DNA of 6,856 nucleotides from Candidatus Wukongarchaeum yapensis (GTDB lineage: Archaea; Asgardarchaeota; Wukongarchaeia; Wukongarchaeales; Wukongarchaeaceae). The position numbers and the translations under genes are program-made. Position 1 is the first letter of the stretch; each line of letters starts with the position of its first letter. The notes beneath the pieces were generated by a model, which was not told the DNA's origin, did not search any database, and saw only the letters and a list, made by a program, of their open reading frames with translations. The stretch is from assembly GCA_016840425.1 (NCBI GenBank), contig JAEOSI010000124.1, forward strand, positions 1-6,856, read 5' to 3'. Positions 1 through 3,752 of this stretch are shown piece by piece.

Positions 1-677
1 AAACAAACCCAAGTACTCCCATTTTTAAACTTATAAGGCTCCATAAGCTCCCAGCGATAATCCACAGAATTCAAATCCTCCTCGCCCAACTGAACACCCT
101 CAACAGTCAACATCCGGTTAGGTCTTCCATTCTTTCGCAAAATGTTAAGCAAAGGCACTTCGCCTTCACCGCTAACAACGTAATCAAAAACATTCCCTCT
201 ATCCTCTCCCATCCTTTCTAAATCCTCCTTAAACTCGAAAAATTTTTGAGGAACAACTACTCCCTCCTCTTCCTCCACCCTTAACTCCATACCAATCACG
301 TCGTAAAAATCAGAAGGCAGAGCCCTAGCATGCTCTCCTCCAACAACGATCCTCAAATCCGAATCAATAACCCTCGCAGTAACAGCCATAAAAACCGAAG
401 GAATAAAAGCCATGGAAGTATAACTCGAAATACCAAAAACAGTATAATCCCCCCCACTTAACTCCTTCTCAACCATCCCCATCAACTCTTCAAGCTTGAT
501 CGAAGCTTCCCCAAGCGCCCTATAATCCCTGAGTTCCACCTCTAATCCGTCCTCATGTTCCAAAAGAAAGGACGCAATCTCGATCAACATAGGATTCTGA
601 TATCTTTCAATATAGTCATGAAACTCAGAACCTAGGCCCATAGAAGGCGCCTGAACCAACAATAAGCGCTCACCCAT
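1..677 (-). CDS. B12-binding domain radical SAM protein (class B radical SAM methyltransferase-like), N-terminal 225 aa; 3' end lies outside the window
   Basis: Hand translation from ATG at 677 is open to the window edge: MGERLLLVQAPSMGLGSEFHDYIERYQNPMLIEIASFLLE...DYTVFGISSYTSMAF...RIVVGGEHARALPSDF...FDYVVSGEGEVPLLNIL...STWVC. GISS-x-T, VVGG-x-HA and DYVV-x-GEGE are the hallmark motifs of the cobalamin-binding Rossmann domain of B12-dependent radical SAM enzymes. The CxxxCxxC motif is expected just beyond the edge and is not seen. An in-frame ATG at 728 is probably too close to the putative TATA to be used. Confidence 0.82.
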   Translation of the reverse strand, partial: MGERLLLVQAPSMGLGSEFHDYIERYQNPMLIEIASFLLEHEDGLEVELRDYRALGEASIKLEELMGMVEKELSGGDYTVFGISSYTSMAFIPSVFMAVTARVIDSDLRIVVGGEHARALPSDFYDVIGMELRVEEEEGVVVPQKFFEFKEDLERMGEDRGNVFDYVVSGEGEVPLLNILRKNGRPNRMLTVEGVQLGEEDLNSVDYRWELMEPYKFKNGSTWVC

Positions 678-737
678 GGCAAAAAACCATCCCTTACAAA
701 CTTCAAATAAACTCTGACAAAAACCCATAAAAACTTA

Positions 738-753
738 AGTAAAATACTTTACC
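738..753 (-). promoter_or_regulatory. Putative BRE/TATA promoter of the radical SAM gene
   Basis: Minus strand reads GGTAAAGTATTTTACT about 63 nt upstream of ATG 677. The 11-mer AAAGTATTTTA is identical to the one in the putative corrinoid-gene promoter (2836-2846). Confidence 0.4.
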
Positions 754-935
754 AAAAACCCCTATCCTGCCCCTTTTCGTTTTATTTAATCCTTACATCA
801 AAAAATAATCCTAATGTAAAAATGCTGAGCTTAAATTAAAACCCCATATTTCATAAAAGGAGGTGACTATTCAAACAAAAAAACACTTAACACGCGGATA
901 GACTGTTGCGCAAGGGGACTTCCCGCCGAAGAAGT

Positions 936-985
936 TAAAATAAAAAAAGGAGAGAAAAGAAGAAATAAAATAATAGCAATAAATT
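936..985 (-). terminator. Oligo-T/pyrimidine-rich archaeal-type terminator for the methyltransferase plus small-protein transcript
   Basis: Minus strand reads ...TTATTTTATTTCTTCTTTTCTCTCCTTTTTTTATTTTAA about 100-145 nt downstream of the small-gene stop at 1081. Confidence 0.45.
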
Positions 986-1080
986 AAGTCCCTTTGAGTA
1001 AATTTAACGCCACTATAGGCAAACCTGTAAGTTAGAGGATTATTCCATCAACTAACTACAAAATATTTCTAGGGGGATTA

Positions 1081-1215
1081 TTAACCCCTCTTTTTCATCA
1101 CTTTAGTGCAGTGCTCTGGCTTAAAGTCCGCTGTATACTCAGGATTTTCTCTTATCGGGAGGACGAGACCGCAAACTTCACATTCAAACTCCATCATTTT
1201 TCCTTCTTCAGACAT
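1081..1215 (-). CDS. Small (44 aa) putative metal-binding protein, CxxC-x19-HC, desulforedoxin/zinc-ribbon-like
   Basis: AGGTGA ribosome-binding site (1222-1227) followed by ATG at 1215. Translation MSEEGKMMEFECEVCGLVLPIRENPEYTADFKPEHCTKVMKKRG, TAA at 1083-1081. Starts 27 nt after the methyltransferase stop. FECEVCG...P-x-HC-xx-xM mirrors the YKCxxCG...P-x-CCGxxM pattern of desulforedoxin-type domains. Confidence 0.8.
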   Translation of the reverse strand: MSEEGKMMEFECEVCGLVLPIRENPEYTADFKPEHCTKVMKKRG

Positions 1216-1242
1216 CTTTATTCACCTATCCCATAACTTTTC

Positions 1243-2319
1243 TCATCTCTTAATGAACTTCGATATAGCTTCTGGACTATACTGGATTGTTGAGTTGACG
1301 AATTCGCACATGTGCTCTATCGGGATCTCAATGTACCAATCGCACCCAGGCATGGTGAAGTCGATACCTTGTTGTAAGAGCCTCCTAACTGCGCCATTTA
1401 CCCTTTCTGCAGGTCCTTCTTTTAGCAGTCCGAAGGCTGAAAGGTTACCGCCTATCGGATACCTGGGAATCCCTAATTCTGCACACTTCTTGTTTCTTTC
1501 TTCGTCTCCTTCCGTAGTTTTTGTTCTTTCCTCGAAGGATATCATGTTGGCACCGCATTCAATCATGTCCCCAATGATAGGCGTTGTTAATCCACAAATG
1601 TGCAACAGATTAGGCTTCTTTATCCTCTTGATCATCTCTGTTAAGTAGGGTTTTATTAACTCTCTAAAGTGTTTTGGTGACATGTTGTCAGAAGAAGTTC
1701 CTTCTTCTCTCAGCGTAATCATGTCAGCGCCAGCTTCCCTGAAAATATTGGCGATATCAATATAATAATCGATGAGAACATCCCACATTTCATGGATTTT
1801 CTCTGGGTTTGTTCTGCACCAGATTAAAACATCAGTAGTTTCACCTACATAACTGCTATAACTTGTGTAAGGACAGTTAATATAAGCGACTACGGGCACT
1901 TTACCGTAATATTTTTCATGAAGCATATTTAGCGCTTTACAGATCACCGGTATCCTCATCTGGTTCTGAGGGTCATCAGGTATTTTAAGATCCTTTGGTT
2001 CCCATTTTTCTGGCCTTGAAATACATGAAGGCCACAAAATCTTGTCCGGGTGGTAATCACAGACGGCTCCAAGAGGTTCTGCCTCAACCACTAAGTCAAA
2101 CGGCACACACATTCCCTCTAACTTGCAATCCAACCAACTAGCTTCAGCAAGCTTGGTCATCATTGCAGGGTCAAAGTGGGCTTCAGGCCACTTAACATTG
2201 TATTTTCGCATTAAGGGAATTGTAACGCTTGATAAGTGGTTTAATGACGGAATTCTGTCAATATCTTTGTGTTCTGCAAGAGCTACAAATCTTTCATAAG
2301 GATTCATTTCTTCAGCCAT
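1243..2319 (-). CDS. MtaA/CmuA-family (URO-D fold) zinc-dependent, cobamide-dependent methyltransferase, 358 aa
   Basis: ORF track protein. N-terminal MNPYERF...DRIP, PFDLVVEAEPLG, SPKHFRELIKPY, LLHICG (H240-x-C242), GNL and PGCD (C326) match the MtaA/MtbA Zn-site pattern H-x-C...C. Start re-assigned from 2367 to ATG 2319 (MAEEMNPYERF) because AGGTGA (2325-2330) sits 5 nt upstream and a TATA box lies at 2369-2376. Confidence 0.88.
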   Translation of the reverse strand: MAEEMNPYERFVALAEHKDIDRIPSLNHLSSVTIPLMRKYNVKWPEAHFDPAMMTKLAEASWLDCKLEGMCVPFDLVVEAEPLGAVCDYHPDKILWPSCISRPEKWEPKDLKIPDDPQNQMRIPVICKALNMLHEKYYGKVPVVAYINCPYTSYSSYVGETTDVLIWCRTNPEKIHEMWDVLIDYYIDIANIFREAGADMITLREEGTSSDNMSPKHFRELIKPYLTEMIKRIKKPNLLHICGLTTPIIGDMIECGANMISFEERTKTTEGDEERNKKCAELGIPRYPIGGNLSAFGLLKEGPAERVNGAVRRLLQQGIDFTMPGCDWYIEIPIEHMCEFVNSTIQYSPEAISKFIKR

Positions 2320-2368
2320 GAATTTCACCTTTACAACAAAATTTTTAGGTGTGGTGTCTACACCCACG

Positions 2369-2383
2369 TTTAAAAACTTTTTT
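2369..2383 (-). promoter_or_regulatory. Putative BRE/TATA promoter of the methyltransferase operon
   Basis: Minus strand reads AAAAAAG-TTTTTAAA about 50 nt upstream of ATG 2319. Confidence 0.5.
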
Positions 2384-2724
2384 GGAAAAGTGCGTATACA
2401 CGATAATATTTTATAATTAAGAATATTCTAAGATAGCTTGTCCTCATATAAAAGCGTTTTTACAACATATTTATCCCTTTTTTAAACTCTTTATAATCTA
2501 ATTTATCTACATAGATCTTAGTATAAATATCAGAGAGACTATTTAAGAATCCAAAGATTAAACCTTTCAAAAACTTTGCTTTTTCTCCCTTCATCTAATT
2601 CAGCTCAAATTATTCCTTCCCGCGCATAAACCCCTCTAAAATTCTGACGTATACGCTGCATAGCGTCCTAACCTTCTATTAAATACCATAATTTTTATAA
2701 AGTCAAAAGAATCTATTTTTAAAA

Positions 2725-2745
2725 TTGGAACCAAAATGGTTCCAA
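2725..2745. promoter_or_regulatory. Perfect 9-3-9 inverted repeat, candidate transcription-factor operator
   Basis: TTGGAACCA-AAA-TGGTTCCAA in the divergent intergenic region, about 90 bp upstream of the corrinoid-gene BRE/TATA. Confidence 0.55.
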
Positions 2746-2833
2746 AACAAAGATAGAGGTCAATTTCCCGCGCAAATCAAAACCAAAATTTTACTTCGTG
2801 CTGGATGATTGCACTTCTGTTTATGAAAATAAG

Positions 2834-2848
2834 CGAAAGTATTTTAAA
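2834..2848 (+). promoter_or_regulatory. Putative BRE/TATA promoter of the corrinoid protein gene
   Basis: CGAAAG-TATTTTAAA about 52 nt upstream of ATG 2900. Confidence 0.55.
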
Positions 2849-2899
2849 TGAAAACAAAGAGAGATTCAAAGTTTAGAAACCATGGAGGTTAGGTCTAAA

Positions 2900-3589
2900 A
2901 TGAGCAAAGAAGAATTGTTGAAAAAACTTGAACAATTAGTTATTGAGGGTGATGTAGACAACGCTCCAGCAGCAGCCGAAGAAGCTTTAGACTCCGGAGT
3001 AACACCTTGGGAATGTATCCAAGATGGTCTATCAAAAGGAATGGAAACAGTAGGACGCCTTTACGAAGAACACGAATACTTCTTACCAGAAGTTCTCCTA
3101 TCCGCTAACGCGATGTACGCTGCCTTAGACATAGTACTCCCCCAGTTGAAAGTAAGAGGTGGTGGAGAGTCCCCAGGCACTGTTGTGATCGGTGTTGTTG
3201 AAGGAGACATCCACGACATCGGGAAGAACATCGTTAAAGCCCTACTCACTGGCGCAGGATACAACGTGATCGACAAGGGAAGAAACGTCCCAGCCGAAGA
3301 ATTCTTGAAGGGAGTTAAAGAAGAAGGCGCCCAAGTAATCGCTATGTCAACCCTTATGACACCCACTCTAGAATCAATGCGTGAAGTAGAAGACAAGCTG
3401 AAAAAAGAAGGCCTAAAAGGAAAAACTAGAACCATTATCGGCGGTGCAGCTACCTCACAAACATTCGCAGGAGAAATCGGTTCTGACGACTACGGTGAAG
3501 ACGCTCAACAAGCAGTAGATAAAGTAAAAGCCCTAATAGCAGATATCACAGCCGCTGTAGCAGCCGTAGGAGAAAGGGTAGAAAAGTAA
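2900..3589 (+). CDS. Methyltransferase cognate corrinoid protein (MtaC/MttC/MtbC-like), 229 aa
   Basis: N-terminal cap domain (GLSKGMETVGRLYEEHEYFLPEVLLSANAM) plus B12-binding domain with GDIHDIGKNIV (D-x-H-x-x-G), MSTLMT and IIGGA. ATG 2900 is preferred over 2882 because GGAGGT (2884-2889) precedes it. Confidence 0.93.
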   Translation: MSKEELLKKLEQLVIEGDVDNAPAAAEEALDSGVTPWECIQDGLSKGMETVGRLYEEHEYFLPEVLLSANAMYAALDIVLPQLKVRGGGESPGTVVIGVVEGDIHDIGKNIVKALLTGAGYNVIDKGRNVPAEEFLKGVKEEGAQVIAMSTLMTPTLESMREVEDKLKKEGLKGKTRTIIGGAATSQTFAGEIGSDDYGEDAQQAVDKVKALIADITAAVAAVGERVEK

Positions 3590-3610
3590 AAACGTAGTAA
3601 AAACCAATGC

Positions 3611-3630
3611 CCCTTTTTTCCTTACTTTTT
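3611..3630 (+). terminator. Oligo-T terminator after the corrinoid protein gene
   Basis: CCCTTTTTTCCTTACTTTTT begins about 20 nt after the stop codon. Confidence 0.5.
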
Positions 3631-3653
3631 ATAATAAATTAAATAAAAAAATT

Positions 3654-3693
3654 AGAAAAGCCTTTTTTAAGGTCACGTAACTTACCTACGTGA
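3654..3693 (+). promoter_or_regulatory. Putative BRE/TATA promoter of the activator gene with an adjacent 7-7-7 palindromic operator
   Basis: AGAAAAG-CC-TTTTTTAA (3654-3670) followed 2 nt later by TCACGTA-ACTTACC-TACGTGA (3673-3693). Confidence 0.5.
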
Positions 3694-3752
3694 ACATTTA
3701 ACCTAAAAACAAGAAGTTAAGAATTTGTAAAAATTAGAAAGAGGAAATCAAA

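Noticed and set aside
856-866. TCACCTCC on the minus strand as a 16S rRNA 3' end
   Set aside because: No flanking 16S sequence such as the terminal helix or GGATCACC; no rRNA or tRNA gene found in the window.
891-935. Cobalamin or SAM-I riboswitch resemblance (GGGAAG, AACAGTC, GGGACT-x-x-CCCG)
   Set aside because: Only scattered short matches; the B12 box, the paired helices and the SAM-I P1/P3/P4 elements are absent.
1106-1648. 180-aa plus-strand ORF in the track
   Set aside because: Antisense shadow of the methyltransferase 3' end and the 44-aa gene; Ser/Phe/Ile-rich with no motifs and no RBS.
2320-2367. N-terminal extension MGVDTTPKNFVVKVKF from the ORF-track start at 2367
   Set aside because: That GTG start abuts the putative TATA box; ATG 2319 has a well-placed AGGTGA RBS and gives the family-typical N-terminus.
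2392-2667. Short palindromes AGAATATTCT (2420-2429), ATCTA-CA-TAGAT (2505-2516), CGTATACG (2648-2655), ACGCT-GCAT-AGCGT (2653-2666)
   Set aside because: Too short or AT-rich to separate from chance without conservation data; no repeat-spacer periodicity, so not a CRISPR array.
2882-2899. ORF-track start of the corrinoid gene at ATG 2882
   Set aside because: The extension contains the GGAGGT RBS for ATG 2900; cannot be fully excluded.
3061-3435. 124-aa minus-strand ORF
   Set aside because: Lies wholly antisense to the well-supported corrinoid gene; Ser/Pro/Thr-rich shadow.
2900-3589. Corrinoid protein plus small Cys protein as an HgcA/HgcB mercury-methylation pair
   Set aside because: The corrinoid protein has the His-ligating DxHxxG motif and no N(V/I)WCAxGK cap helix or transmembrane tail; the small protein has no ferredoxin motifs.
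3647-3740. 12-bp direct repeat AAAAATTAGAAA (3647-3658, 3729-3740)
   Set aside because: Low-complexity A-rich match expected by chance in this intergenic composition.
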